Below are positions 22,532 through 35,400 of a stretch of DNA of 64,000 bases, in pieces (position 1 is the stretch's first letter; every line of letters begins with the position of its first letter). The translations under genes were made by a program, and so were the position numbers. This stretch comes from Antedon mediterranea (lineage: Eukaryota > Animalia > Echinodermata): contig NC_092670.1 in the NCBI RefSeq assembly GCF_964355755.1, positions 31,670,388 through 31,734,387 of the forward strand, in the 5' to 3' direction. Below the pieces are notes generated by a model. It was not told the origin of the DNA, ran no database searches, and saw only the letters and a list, made by a program, of their open reading frames with translations.

Positions 22532-24804
22532 CTGGGGCGGATCCAGAGGGGGGGGGGGGGTCCACGGGGTCCGGACCCCCCTAAATTTTAATGGTGCCCT
22601 TTTTTAGAGGTTCAAATATTTATTCGTGTGACATATTTGTGTGTATATTAGTATGCACAGAGTAGGCTACACTAACCCCAAAAATAAAAACAGAAATTTA
22701 TCACAATGAGCGCGATGTTAAGTTACGGCGGCCGATCAAAGAGCTTCGTGAGAGGTGGTGACGCGTGATGATCTCTACTTAAACTTCTAAAAATAGATCG
22801 TTTCACATACTACAGAGGGCGCATGTAAACTTTTTACGATTCAACTCCGCGTACGTTACCATGCGCGCTATGTCATTGACGCGATTATTTGTCTATTGGT
22901 AAACACATTTTTATGTATTATTATTCTGAAAATAATTGGACTGTAAACATAATTCTTTTGAGTATTTGTTCATCCTTACACTATTCAACCTTGTTTTTAG
23001 TCGCGTGGAAGCGACTCTATAGTTCACTATGTCGGTCGGTCGGTCGGTCTGTCTGTCGGTCTGTCTGTCGGTCTGTCTGTCTGTCGGTCCGGTATCACTA
23101 TGCGTTTTATCGCTTTCTGACCTTATCTTGATATCAGTTTAATCTAGCTAGGTCAATTTTTCACAGTATATTCCTTATGGCCAGGAATCAATGTGGTTAT
23201 GTTTTCACGGTGCGCAATAAAAAATTACTCGGTCTACGCACGATTTAACGAAATCACGTTTGTAATCATATCTTCACAACCATGAATCACAATTAAATAA
23301 AATTTGGTACTCATAAATTTTAGGGCATAAATCATCATATGGCAATACAATTACGTGCGTAGCGCATGTAACGCATGCGTACGCGCGCTTAACATTTTCA
23401 AAATTTATTTTCGATGAAATAAGAGTACATTTCAGGCAATTTTAAGCGTTTACAAAATTGCCATGAGTGCGCATATTTTTGCGCGCGCACTGCGCGTTAA
23501 ATGTTATTGCGCACTCTTTTTGCCCGATTTCTGTTTTCTTGACTTACTTTTCAACTCGAAATTACGTTATACGAGCACGTCGAAAGTGACAGGCTACGCA
23601 CGTGTAAATTAAAAAAAAATAAATGTTTTTAAACACTTCAACATTTTTAAACATGTTCAGTAATTTCGGTCAGTATAGTTCACTATGTCGGTCGGTCGGT
23701 CTCTCTGTCTGTCGGTCTGTCTGTTGGTCTGTCGGTCTGTCTGTCGGTCCGGTATCACTATGCATTGTAGCACGCGACTTAATGGCTGTTGGCCTTGTTG
23801 TAGTTGAGCCTCTCATGACCTGGGATTTGTTTGTCTTCCTACGCCAAGATAATATAGTTCTACAAGCCATGTGCTTTTTTCTCTGAGAAATATTTATTAT
23901 AAGTGCCAAAAAAATGTTTTTTTTTCGATATGAAGCCTTTATTATTCAAATCTTTTAATGAAAAATCACACATACCATAAAGAAGGTTAATTTTTGAATC
24001 AATATTTGTGAAAATTACGTGAGGCTCAACTTCAAAACCACCATTTTGTGATATGATGTCATCGTAAGCTAATCAAAGCTGAACTTTCCCGCGATCGGCA
24101 GAGCTCACGGTTGAATGATTTTGGATTCTGGCTATTTGATTGGTGGACGCGAATCACCCACAGCGGAATGTTTTCTCTCGCGTGTACCAAGAAGTCACGT
24201 GATCTCTCTGTACTGAACGGTACTACACAAATTTAGAGCAATGAATTTGTACGAATTCCGTTAAATAAACAACTCTATATATTTTATAAACATTTAATAA
24301 CATATTTTATTGATATTTCCAATGTTGATATATAAAAGAAATTACTATAAAACGTAATTATATGTAATTATTTTAGCGAAAAATGGCGCAATTTGTTTAC
24401 AACGTTCGTGACTAAAAACGATCATTTTCGGAAATGTTTTAGACCCTATATTTCGAAAACCACAAGTCAGATTTTCGTAATTCTTTCTTTATTGGAATAT
24501 TGAAACAAAATACCAACAGATAATGTTTAAATTGGTTGAAAAATAACAACTTTTAATTTTGCATCGTTATCCCTGCTAATAAAGTGTCATTTCCGGCGAA
24601 CTAGAAAGGTGCCATTTATCATGGATTTTGCGTGCGAGAGTGCCATTTCCGGCCATCTAAGTGTGTCCTGTAACAAAATTCGCTTCGCCACAACCCCCAA
24701 CCATGGGGGGGGCTGTGGCTCAAATACTCAATATCTGATGTGCCCTTTTTATCTGCGGACCCCCCCCCCCTCCCCCTCTCAAAAAATGTCTGTATCCGCC
24801 CCAG
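22532..24804. mobile_element. Non-autonomous DNA transposon with CTGGGGCGGAT TIRs and a 5-bp TSD (ataac)
   Basis: ataac|ctggggcggatcca ... tgtatccgccccag|ataac. Confidence 0.8.
22994..23799 (+). mobile_element. DINE-1/HINE-like Helentron-associated element
   Basis: T-run start, subterminal inverted repeat agtcgcgtg / cacgcgact, two (GTCT/GTCG)n microsatellite blocks, short 3' end ending ggccttgtt. Confidence 0.8.
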
Positions 24805-25187
24805 ATAACTCAGATTTTAGTAGGTAAAAAATGTCTCTGTAAGCTTATTAAAACAACCGAAATTGCTCTGAGAGCCAAAGCTTCCAGGGGCCTTCTCCTC
24901 CTCGACCCCGACCGGGGGCCCTTGGCGGCCCCCTGGCCCCCAGCCTACAGTTGCTCGCAAAATACTTGGTGTCAAGAAAACCCCCCTCTGATGCATTCTG
25001 GCGGGTAGTAACAAAGTGCGAGGCAGCGAGGCACGCGTGGCAGGGAAGGCATGCGAGGCAAGTCAGAAATTTATGCGAGGCATCGTTTTACCATCATCAA
25101 AAAATGCGAGGCATCATTTTATCATTTCTCAAAATTGCAAGGCAGGAAATCACCGAAATTGAAGTAGCCTAGGCCTAGGCCCGCTAG

Positions 25188-27263
25188 GCTAGTTTCCTTT
25201 TGCACCTGCCTTGTATTTTAACCAACTTTATCCTGAATACCACAGCTTAGAATTAGTAGGCCTACTTTAATGAAGAAAAATCACATAAAAGTAACAATAA
25301 ATCCATTAAATTGGTGATTTTACAGACGTTGTTTTTCTCGCATTTCGCACACTCAATGTTCAATATTTTGGTTTCTATGGAACGCCAAAAGAGCAAAATT
25401 AATTAGAGGGCTAAAAACTCTGTTGTTGTTGCTAAGGTTTTCCGTATTCCGACATTACGCTTTCCACAATGTAACCAACCACTTCCAATGCTACATTCTG
25501 AAAGACTGTCGTTAATTTGGTCCATTTCTCTTGTGGTTCCAGGTCCTGGATGTTTACAGATTGTATACATCTCGATACCTCTCTTTGATATGTTTGTCTG
25601 TTTTGTTGTGCTTGAAGTTTTGACACATCTATTTGTTTGGTTTTCTTAGCGTTACTATTTAATTTATACCATTGTAGTGTTAAAGTTGTCTTGACTAATC
25701 TATGATCAGTGTATGTTCTCGTACCACTGTATGCTCTTGCGTTAGTGACTAGCTTCATGTGTGAATTCTTAACTAGAATGTAATCGATCTGGTTTCTGTA
25801 GGGGTTGCGTCTGATCTCTCCACTCTTCTGATCGTTATGCTGATCGCGTCTCTGCGGGCATTCCCACGTAGTCCTATGTGACATCTTATGTTTAAACATG
25901 GTATTTGTTAGTACTAGATTATTTCTTAGTGCACATTCAACTAGCTGAGTTCCATTATTGTTCGTTTTTCCTTTACCATATCTTCCTACACATTGTGGGT
26001 AATCATGATGGCTGTCCCCCGTTTTTGCATTCATATCTCCAGCTAATATTAGGATATCTCTGTTTTTTGCTTCATTTAATGCTTCTTGTACTTCGTCATA
26101 GAACCTATCTCTATCCCAAGGTTGTTGTTTACTATGTTCTAAAGTAGGTGCATATGCGCATACGAAAAGTACATTCCTGGGTTTTGGCCTACGCCTCGAC
26201 CCAGGCTTACCTCCTCTACTTTCTATGTTAATTCGGGCTGTAATTACTCTCTCCGATATTTCCTTTAAATTCTGCTTTAAAACTGCTCTCAACTAGAATT
26301 CCAACGCCATGTCTTGTGTTGTTTGCGGGTCCAGTGTAGAAGAAATCATATCTGCCTTTGTTATCGTCAGGCCTGATTTGAATGACATCGCTACCCGCCA
26401 GGTGGTGCGATTGGACCCCGAGAATGTCAAGCTTGTATTTAGCTGCATCGCTGGCTAGTTCTCGTTTCTGAAAATCGCTTCTAATACCGCGAACATTTAA
26501 ACTTCCTGTGTTTAAAGACTTTCTACACCTTCCCAAACACATCCTTAAAACCTTCACATAAATATTTGGAAACAAATAAAGTGTGGAAAAAGACTATTTG
26601 ATGTTATTTTCCCTGATGTTATGTAGTGCGGCGTCACCCAGCACTTCCGGATTCCGGAACTAAAAACTCTGTGGAATCCATTTATATTTAACGCATTATT
26701 TGGTAAAAATCAAGTACAATTTCAATAGATTTTGTCACTGTCAGTAAGGAAAAATGTTACTGTTGATAATGTACACGGTTTCGTTAACCTTTTAAAGAAT
26801 AAAATAGAAAAATTCATCATAATATCCTTAGTAGGATGTCCTAGGTCTAGACTAGGTAGTGATGTTGATTTAGGATCGATTATTATTCTTTGAAAACAGA
26901 ACAGTATCAGCAGTAACATATTACAACATTTTTATTGACAAATTAACAAATATATTGAAATGAAACGTGTTTTTCACCAATAAATGCATGAGAAATTGAC
27001 GCATTCCACTGAGTTTTAGTCCTCTATTATCGTTGCTCTTTTGGCGCTCCATAGAAACAAAAATATTGAACATTGAATAAGTGAAATTCGCGAACAGTGT
27101 GCGAGAAACACGCCTGTAAAATCATTAATTTAAGGATTTATTTGTTACTTTTTATGTGATTCTTTCATTAAAGTACTCATGAGGTATACTTCTAAGGTGT
27201 GGTATTCACACGATAAAGTTAGTTATCAAATTTGGAGTAAAAATACAAGCGAAGGAAACTAGC
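25188..27263. mobile_element. MITE with ~250-bp diverged TIRs, interrupted by the RTE-like insertion
   Basis: 25188-25423 is inverted-homologous to ~27003-27263 (gctagtttcct / aggaaactagc; gtttctatgg..gccaaaagagcaa / ttgctcttttggc..ccatagaaac). Confidence 0.75.
25424..26659 (-). mobile_element. Internally deleted RTE-clade-like non-LTR element: 5' UTR, frameshifted APE endonuclease, (CAA)n tail, no RT
   Basis: ORFs 26575-26228 (LNVRG, DILG, HGVG) and 26292-25432 (AYAPT, GDMNAK, NQIDYI, TDH); 13-bp TSD ctaaaaactctgt at 25411-25423 and 26660-26672. Confidence 0.85.
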
Positions 27264-28299
27264 GCCAGGTTTATTAGTACGGACAACAATAAATAAAAAT
27301 CGTTCGTAATATACCTAGCTTACTAAAACAGGAATAGTGTATCATTATTAAATATTACACCAATTATTATTATATCAAAATTGATTAAATTATTTTCTAC
27401 ATAGGCCTCTTATCTAGGTTAGGGCTAAGCATATTAGCTAAAGTTTAATTTTAGGCCTAGTATTACAATTGTCGGACGTAAGTCTTTTTTCACACGCGCT
27501 CCAGAATTCTGTCACAATTTTTTTCTTTGCGGCATGTTATTGGATCGGCATATCAGTTACCTTTTATTCACCGCCAGTTATTGAACTTGTCCTGGCAATC
27601 GCTGTTCACCTTATTTGCGAGAGAGGTACACGTGTTGTTCCTAGAGAATGGAATGTCAAAAATGTCTTTGGCACGCCGCTCAGAGAGAAGTCTGTGCGTT
27701 GCTGCTGAAACCACGTGCTATAGGAGGGGAATGCACCACAATCCTCTGAGCTGAGGGCTGAATCATTCCGCTACCTGCTAAATAGTAAAGAGGAATTTTC
27801 CATCTCTCGGGTCAACCGGATCTAGGCGCAGGGGTGTGACAAAATATTATTTTCACTCTGCTATGTTCGAGAGACATGTGAGTGAACACGCTCGAAATGC
27901 CAACAAACATTGCAGTCATTTGATGAGTGTGTCGCTATAACAATTATTGTTTATCGAAAGTTGAAGACTGTCGTTCAGATTTTTGAACCGTAGTTTGGGC
28001 ACTTTTGTAAAAGTAAAATTTGACACGATATGACTTGAATGAAAAAACAATCGTTACATAAAAATAAACAACATGATGAGTGTATACACGAATCTATTTA
28101 GATACGCTTGTATCGATTGATTATTAGGCCTATAATATAGCATAATAGCACGTTAAGATATGCCTCGCACCTTTTTGAAATTGTAAACTATATGCCCCGC
28201 ATGCCTCGCACTTTTGGAAATGATAAAATGATGCCTCGCACAAATATTTGGCATGCCTCGCGTGCCTCGCTGCCTCGCACTTTGTCAACACTCCTCCTA

Positions 28300-28693
28300 T
28301 TGTTTCCCCAACATCTAGGAGAGCAAGTCAGGACTTGCACTTCCTGTATAAATGTCTTACTTCTAAGTTTGATTGTGATCTTGTTTCGTTGTTTTATTTT
28401 AATGTTCCTGTTCGTAATCTTCGTAGTAAACCCTTTCTTCATGTTAAATATTCTCGTGTCAATGTTTGTAGACTGTAGACTCTCGTCATTGTACAATTCA
28501 TGTCTTTTAAAAAATAATTCTTTAGATATTTTTAACTGTAATTTTTCTCAATTTAAATGTATTATTAATGAAATTATTTAAATTTTCTTTTTCATTTGTA
28601 TATATTTATATTGGCTCATGTTTTATAGTTTAGTTTTTATTTTCAACCTGTTATTGGTGTTTTACACTGTTGGTTTGATATAAAGAATAAAGA
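28300..28693 (+). mobile_element. 3' fragment of a CR1/Jockey-group LINE
   Basis: DLHFLYKCLTSKFDC..F..NVP.RNLR resembles the ORF2 C-terminus; ends in an aataaagaa-type tail. Confidence 0.55.
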
Positions 28694-30572
28694 ATTTGTA
28701 GTAGAATTCATCGCACTGTTATCTACAATTTACCAAGCATTTGTAATTCTTTTTTACTACTTTTCATATCTATTAGAGGATTTAATTTTATTATAAATGT
28801 TACCATATTATTAAAACTAAACAAATTAACATATATCCCTTGAATAAGCAGCTCCCTCAAATGAATTCCGCCTCCCCAAAGGGCCCTACAAAACAATAAA
28901 CACTATACTTTAAAATGTTTTAATCATCTAAAACACTGTGAAACAGAGTAGTTTAGTTTTACGAATGTCAAGCATTTTTAATAAGGGTAACTGACAGAAA
29001 ACGTACAAGGAGAACATTTTTAACATTCCGAGAACCATCGTCTACACTTCCTAGATGGGGAGCAAGCAAAGCGAGCTCACCGTTAGATAATTAGTTATTG
29101 ACGATTAAAACGAATTTAGGTTCAACGATTTGCCCCAAATAGGGGTGTTTTCCGATCGTGGTATACACTGTCTAATGGATGTCCATCTTGAAAATTACCC
29201 GCCACAAAAATGCGAGGAGGCTTCGCATTTCCCTATCTCCTCCTACGATAATTGTTTTTAATAGCCGAAAACCGGTTGAACAGCTAGAGTACAGCATCAT
29301 AATGTTGAAGACAGGCCGATTTTCTTTAAAAAAAAACTATTTTGATAGATTTAATATATATTATACAAATGTATTGATTTGCGATGAATGGAACATCCCA
29401 ATCTCTCAGTCTGTCAGAGTTTGGTTTAACACAAGTAGGTAAATTTATGAGCCCTTGGTTTAACTCATACGGTAGGTAAATATATGGGCCCTTTGAGAAT
29501 AAACTTGCAATACTTTGACAATACTGTAAATACCTATTAACTATTGTTGGTCCTCATTTGAATCGAACATTTCTTACTGTGAATGTTCGTACTGTTAGAT
29601 GTAATATAGAAATATATACAAATAAACTTTATTACTGAGATTGCGGATAGGCTCTACTGTTAGATATATAAACACATTATTATATACAAATAAACTTTAT
29701 ACTGACAGTTCTTTATCAACGTTTGTATTAATTAATAATTACCAAAAATATAAACGTCGTAGTGGTGTATCGTGACCCATGTACTTTAATATTTCAATCG
29801 ATTATGACAGTGATAGTTTTATAACAAAGTATTAAATCGCAAATGTTTTACTGTTCTTAGAGGTATATTATTTATAGGCCATGAAAATGATATTTTGTTA
29901 CTGAGTGGATAAAGAATAGGCCTATATTTAAAAATTGTTCCTCTTTGTACCTATCTGCTTTCCCATCCCTCAACCCTAATGTTACATACAAAACACAAAT
30001 TGTGTTTCTTTAAATGAGTCCAAATCAAAAATTTGGACTCATTTTGTGATAAGTTTCTCCTTCGGAAGTAATTCCCAGGGTGTATATATATACCTATTCC
30101 CAACTTGGCTAACTCGTACCTCAACCAACTCGTACCCACACCAACTCGTACATACCTAATTTTTAAGCCTACATTTTAACGGTAACGTGCACTGTATTTT
30201 CTTTATGATTTAAGCCGTAGGCCGCTTCTACGTGTTACAATATTAGTACACAGTACCGGTAATCAGTTTTAATAATACTGTATACAAATGACCTACCTTC
30301 TGATTAATAATGGAATGCTAGTTATTGAAACTCTTGATATTCGTAAAACTAAACCTACTCTGTTTCACAGTGTCTTAGATGAGTAATAACATTTTAAAAT
30401 ATAGTGTTTATGGGTTGGTAGAGCCCTTGTAAGGCGGAGTTCATTTGAGGGAGGAGCTTATTCAAGAGAATTTACAATCAAATAAAATCCTCTAATAGAT
30501 ATGAAAAGTTGTAAGAATAACAAAATGCTTGGTAAATTGTAGATAACAGTCCGATAAAATCTACTACAAATA
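28694..30572. mobile_element. MITE with ~290-bp diverged TIRs enclosing a Helitron-family fragment (~29080-30085)
   Basis: 28694-28985 is inverted-homologous to 30320-30572; the interior matches the repeats at 43718-48065. Confidence 0.75.
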
Positions 30573-32334
30573 GTATAATAATTATTCTAAGTGATATTTT
30601 ATTGGGATGGTGTTCGGCGTTCATAGAAATAAATACCATTCTAATTGGTATGATTAATACATTATTTAGTTTAAACATCTTTTAACTTCCGCGACAGAGT
30701 GGGCCGTTTCAGCTCAAGAAAGAAGACGCGTTAGACGGCTTGGAACATTGGCAGAAGTATCTCATGGTCCTAACGGAACACAGATAGGCCACAGTTATTC
30801 CTGCCAGCCTACTCAATAACTCGGCTATCGGGGTTTCATCATCAGTTCTCCCTATGTAATTTATATATACTATTCCCCACAATATACTCCGATTCTTTAT
30901 GGTGTATATTTAATTTGATCTTTATTAATTTGCAGTATAATTATTATTTTGCCACTGCACCTTTCACACGCGTGGTCCGAAAATAAACAATAAACTTAAA
31001 TGGCTGTCGCCACCAACGACCAACTTAGTTGAAACCAGGAAGTTGCAAGGTAAAAACGTGGACTCACCGTGAACCCGAAAAATACTTCTAGTTGAACTAA
31101 ATTATGTACAAAATATATTGTTTTTTAAGCATTAACAAAGTAATTCAAGATTTTATAAAACAGGGCATTTTCATTGTTTCTTTCAATTCTCTTTTTCTAT
31201 ACCCGTTTGGTGAAACCTTTACAAAATAATCGAATGCACAGGCTAACCAAGAACATACATTAATTTTTGGTCTATTGTTCCATTATTAAATTAAATTGGT
31301 TCCAAACATGAATTGCATTCGATAGACTTTGCAATTCATCCAGTCTACTATTCTGGAACGCAGGACATGAAAATGTTTGATGTATTAGATCGCAATTTGA
31401 ATTTTATACATAATAATTATTACACTGAAAACATCACTGATTTTCTAATAATATTCAATGAGAACGATAATTCAGACTTACTTAATATTTAAGTCAAAAG
31501 TATTTAGTATTTGTGCTTATGTATGTTTCTTTATTTTAATAGAAATGTGAAGAAAAGAAGAAGCTAGTAAACTTATCTTTAAAACAATTTATTTATTTAT
31601 TATTTATTATTATTTAAGTTATAAGATTATAATAGAATTGTAAAAACAAAATAAACTGAGTAATGTTATATCTAAAATATTAATACATAAGCAGTAACAA
31701 TGCGAATACAACAAGGAAATTAGTATTCAAAAACCTAAACAAATAGTTAATGAGTTTAAAAAGAAACAAAGATTAGCGAAACCAGATGAACATTCATCAA
31801 ATATTATGTTGGCTATTTATTTAGCTGATTACATTTAAACCTATAGTATGATTTTATTTCAAACTTTTTTGAATGTGAGCAAACGTCTTCTGGTCGTCAA
31901 GATCGTTGCTACTCAATACAACAATATTTGAATTCAGACTATTTGCTACCCAATCGAATTGGAACTTGTGGGTTTTTCTTATACTCACAGATTTTTCCTC
32001 TAAATTGTTTTTGATTAATTACATTTTTTTGTAGTTTAAAATGCATTCCGTGCCTGTTAATGCATAGCCTACAGTATCTCTTCGGAGATCTCGATTTGTG
32101 AACTAATAACTGAAAGTGGAAAAAGGTGATAAATCTCTGTTGCGCGTGTGTACAATTGAGAAACAATACTGTTCCGCCGTATCACACTGGGGGTGTTAAA
32201 GAGTCGCTATCCAATGGAAAAAAATAATAACCAACGAATGACAAAAACAACTCTTATATAAGTTGAAAGACTTTCACTTGTTACCAAGCAGGTAAAAAGA
32301 AACCCACAAAAAGGGAGCGATAAATAAACTGATA

Positions 32335-32456
32335 TTATATAATATTATTTTCATCAATCTGGGATTCTTCTGGGTCATCATCATCATCGATTCGAAGGAA
32401 CCTTATCCCACTCTCTTGAAGACAGAAGTCGGTTTTAAGTTTCTTAACAAAATCAA
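32335..32456 (-). CDS. Last coding exon: short acidic cytoplasmic tail
   Basis: Acceptor at 32457-32458; VDFVKKLKTDFCLQESGIRFLRIDDDDDPEESQIDENNII then TAA. Confidence 0.7.
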
Positions 32457-35400
32457 CTAAAAAGAAAAACAAAGATAATACAGTACGTACGCACGTTTTT
32501 TAACTATGCTTTTTACCCTGGACGCATTATTTTTTTCCAATGCAATTAAGGTAGAAATCATGAATAATTCATTAGAATAATTATGACATAATATGGGACA
32601 TTATAGAGGGCGCTATATAAGCATGCAGAGAGATTAAATAAATTGTGTAAACACCGTTTGCCAACCGAAATGTTTGGTCTAGTGGTAAAAAGCTTTAACC
32701 TATTACACTGAAGCACTCGGTTCGAGGTCTTTCAAGAACATATTATTTTTTTTAATAGTTGAGAGAAATTATTTAGAGGGTTAGGCTTAGAATAGTTAGG
32801 AAGTAGATCAGCTATCTTCCAATTCTTTATAATAGAAAATAATTAAGGTAATGTAATAATAATATATTAATAAAAAAATACTGCACCCTGGACATACATT
32901 AAATAGAGCAGTATATATAATATACAATAATTACATTATTCTTACCAATTACAGCGAGCATGATAGACACGTTCAACATTATTAGAATGACAGGGGTAAT
33001 CTTGTGAAGTAAACCAATGACGTCATCTTCACTGGAACTTTCATCCATATTTACGATCGCCCCAATGGATAAATTGACAACGATGAAAACAAGAGTCAAC
33101 AATTGGAATCTCTGCTCTGACTTCTCTTTCATTGGTTGAAGGTACAAATGCAATACAATAAAGATGACGGTAGAAAACAGAGAGTATGACATGCTTGAGG
33201 ACACGTCATCTTTTAAGTTTGCAATAAGTGCCAACAGAGCCTTGCTGTACAGTTCAAATGATTCCCAAAACCAATATGCTTGTTTATATTGTCCACAAAA
33301 GAATCGCACTCCAATCATCCATCCTTGACCATTGTTTTGTTCACGCTGAGTACAACGTACATGTTGACAGTATAGCATAATCACTATGACCAATGGGAAG
33401 CCAATGATGTATGTTAAAGCAACGTAAACAAGTGTTTTGTTAGTTTGATATGTAGATCCACCATGTTGGTCCATATCAATTGAGTAGTCTGACGTTAGTA
33501 CTGGTTTATTGATCTTGCCGTCTGATGTGACGTTAAATACCCGAATTGACCACGGCCCCACTGCCATGATATCAGCACATGTATTTGCATACGTAAGATA
33601 AAGAAGTAACATTGACATAACAATACATCTGTCACGTATCCAGCTCTGAGTTATTGCTCCATGACATTTATTCCAGATACAACGAATAAAGTAAACTGTA
33701 AACATTGTTAAAACTATGAAAAGGGGTGTAGCCATAGCAATGCGAAGTGAGTAATAAGCATTCCAAGTTTCATGCAAGCATCTTGGACTTAACATACTAA
33801 TATATCTTATGACGTCAAAATATTGAAGTATTCGTCCAGCATACTCAAAGTTTTTAGGCCAATGGATTTCGGTTACTTCTGATAGTATACCTAAAACCTG
33901 ATAGAAATTAATAGCAATTTTTAAATATGTTACAAATGAATCTAGGTTGATGTTTCGGTTATCTACATTTCGTTGCTGCGTTCTCCATATAAGAAAAATC
34001 ACTCCAATCACTGCAAAGCAAACACTAACAAATATGATTACAGTTACAGCTGGCCCTTGGCATTTGTGACATTCATTGAATAAGTCATAATATCCACTTG
34101 AACATGCTGCACAGAACCAGCCTGTATATCCTTCGGCACAGGTGTCATTCAAATTCCGTCCAATATTACAACTCTTTTCTCCAAATGGACACGGATATAC
34201 TTTTGGTAACGGACCTTTGTATACAGCATCTTTTAGTTCGTTTGGGTTATCAATTGGAAATGTGTCAGTTTGTAGTTTAGTTATAAATGCTGTGTATTCA
34301 GATAAACATGGGGTTTCGTTTTGTTCTTCAACTACACTACAATTTTCTTTGAACTCCCATGACCACCAATAACCCTTTGTTAGATTTTGGTATCCTCCTT
34401 CACAGTTAACACCTTCCGGGCAGGGAAAGCATTGACCATACCGATTCGTTCGATAGAAATTGTCAAGACAATAGCAAGCATTTAAATTGGCAAATGTGCT
34501 AGTATTAGTTCCGGATGGACATGTCTGGCAATCGGCAATAGACACTGCTCCTGCATTATCTGAAAAACTTCCAATAGGACATTTCTGACAGGTTTCTGTA
34601 TAATTATTTCTTTCAATAACTCCTCTTCTATCTTGATAGAAGCCACCTATAAGAAGCCATTATTTCGATAATAAGATAAAATCATTTCTAAAATAGTTAG
34701 ATATATCAACATTTAATTATTCATTTATTCAAGTATAAAAAACAAAATATTGCAAGTTTGGAGCCGAAGATAAACTGAGTTGCAATACAGTACAAGTTTT
34801 AAAAAAATACATAAAACACAGAGCAGGGAGTTGTAATTAGATGGAGTCACATCGATTTTATCAACTCTAATTACAACTCCCTGCACAGAGTTTACAATAA
34901 AACATAAATTACTTAGTTAAATGATTTAAATATTAAAATTATTGCATAGTTTTAATACCATTTAGTTGATTTACTTTAAATGGTAAAATGGTATTGCTTT
35001 ACTTAGAGAAATTCAATTTGAAAACCACGGTAAACTTCCAAAGATTATTTCAATATTATAAAAGAAAACATCACATTACAAAAAAAAAAAAAATGACTTT
35101 TCATATTGTATTTACAAGTCCCATCACGTTTCGCTTTTGAACACACCGTACGGTTCATCAACTTTCATTTCATCAACTCCAGAAATGCCGCAAAAACAAT
35201 ACATTCAAGAAATCTCAAATATTTATTTCCGATTATGTTTCTACGTATGTACAGATGCAGAGAAAAAAGCTACGAGAGAAAGACCTCCTACGCTACGAGA
35301 CGACCCAGTTGTGTATTCCGATACAAGCTACGAGAGAAAGACCTCCTACGCTACGAGACGACCCAGTTGTGTATTCCGATACAAGCTACGAGAGAAAGAC

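Larger units (their letters stand above)
25004..28292. mobile_element. Non-autonomous DNA transposon with TIRs and repeated GAGGCA subterminal motifs, carrying nested insertions
   Basis: acaaagtgcgaggcagcgaggcacgcg (25011) is the reverse complement of cgcgtgcctcgctgcctcgcactttgt (~28259-28285). Confidence 0.75.

Noticed and set aside
32662-32735. tRNA gene
   Set aside because: Only A/B-box-like motifs; acceptor and anticodon stems do not pair
32899-34545. Stand-alone 548-aa gene, or LGR/TLR assignment
   Set aside because: Bounded by splice sites (true exon 34646-32946); no DRY/NPxxY or TIR motifs
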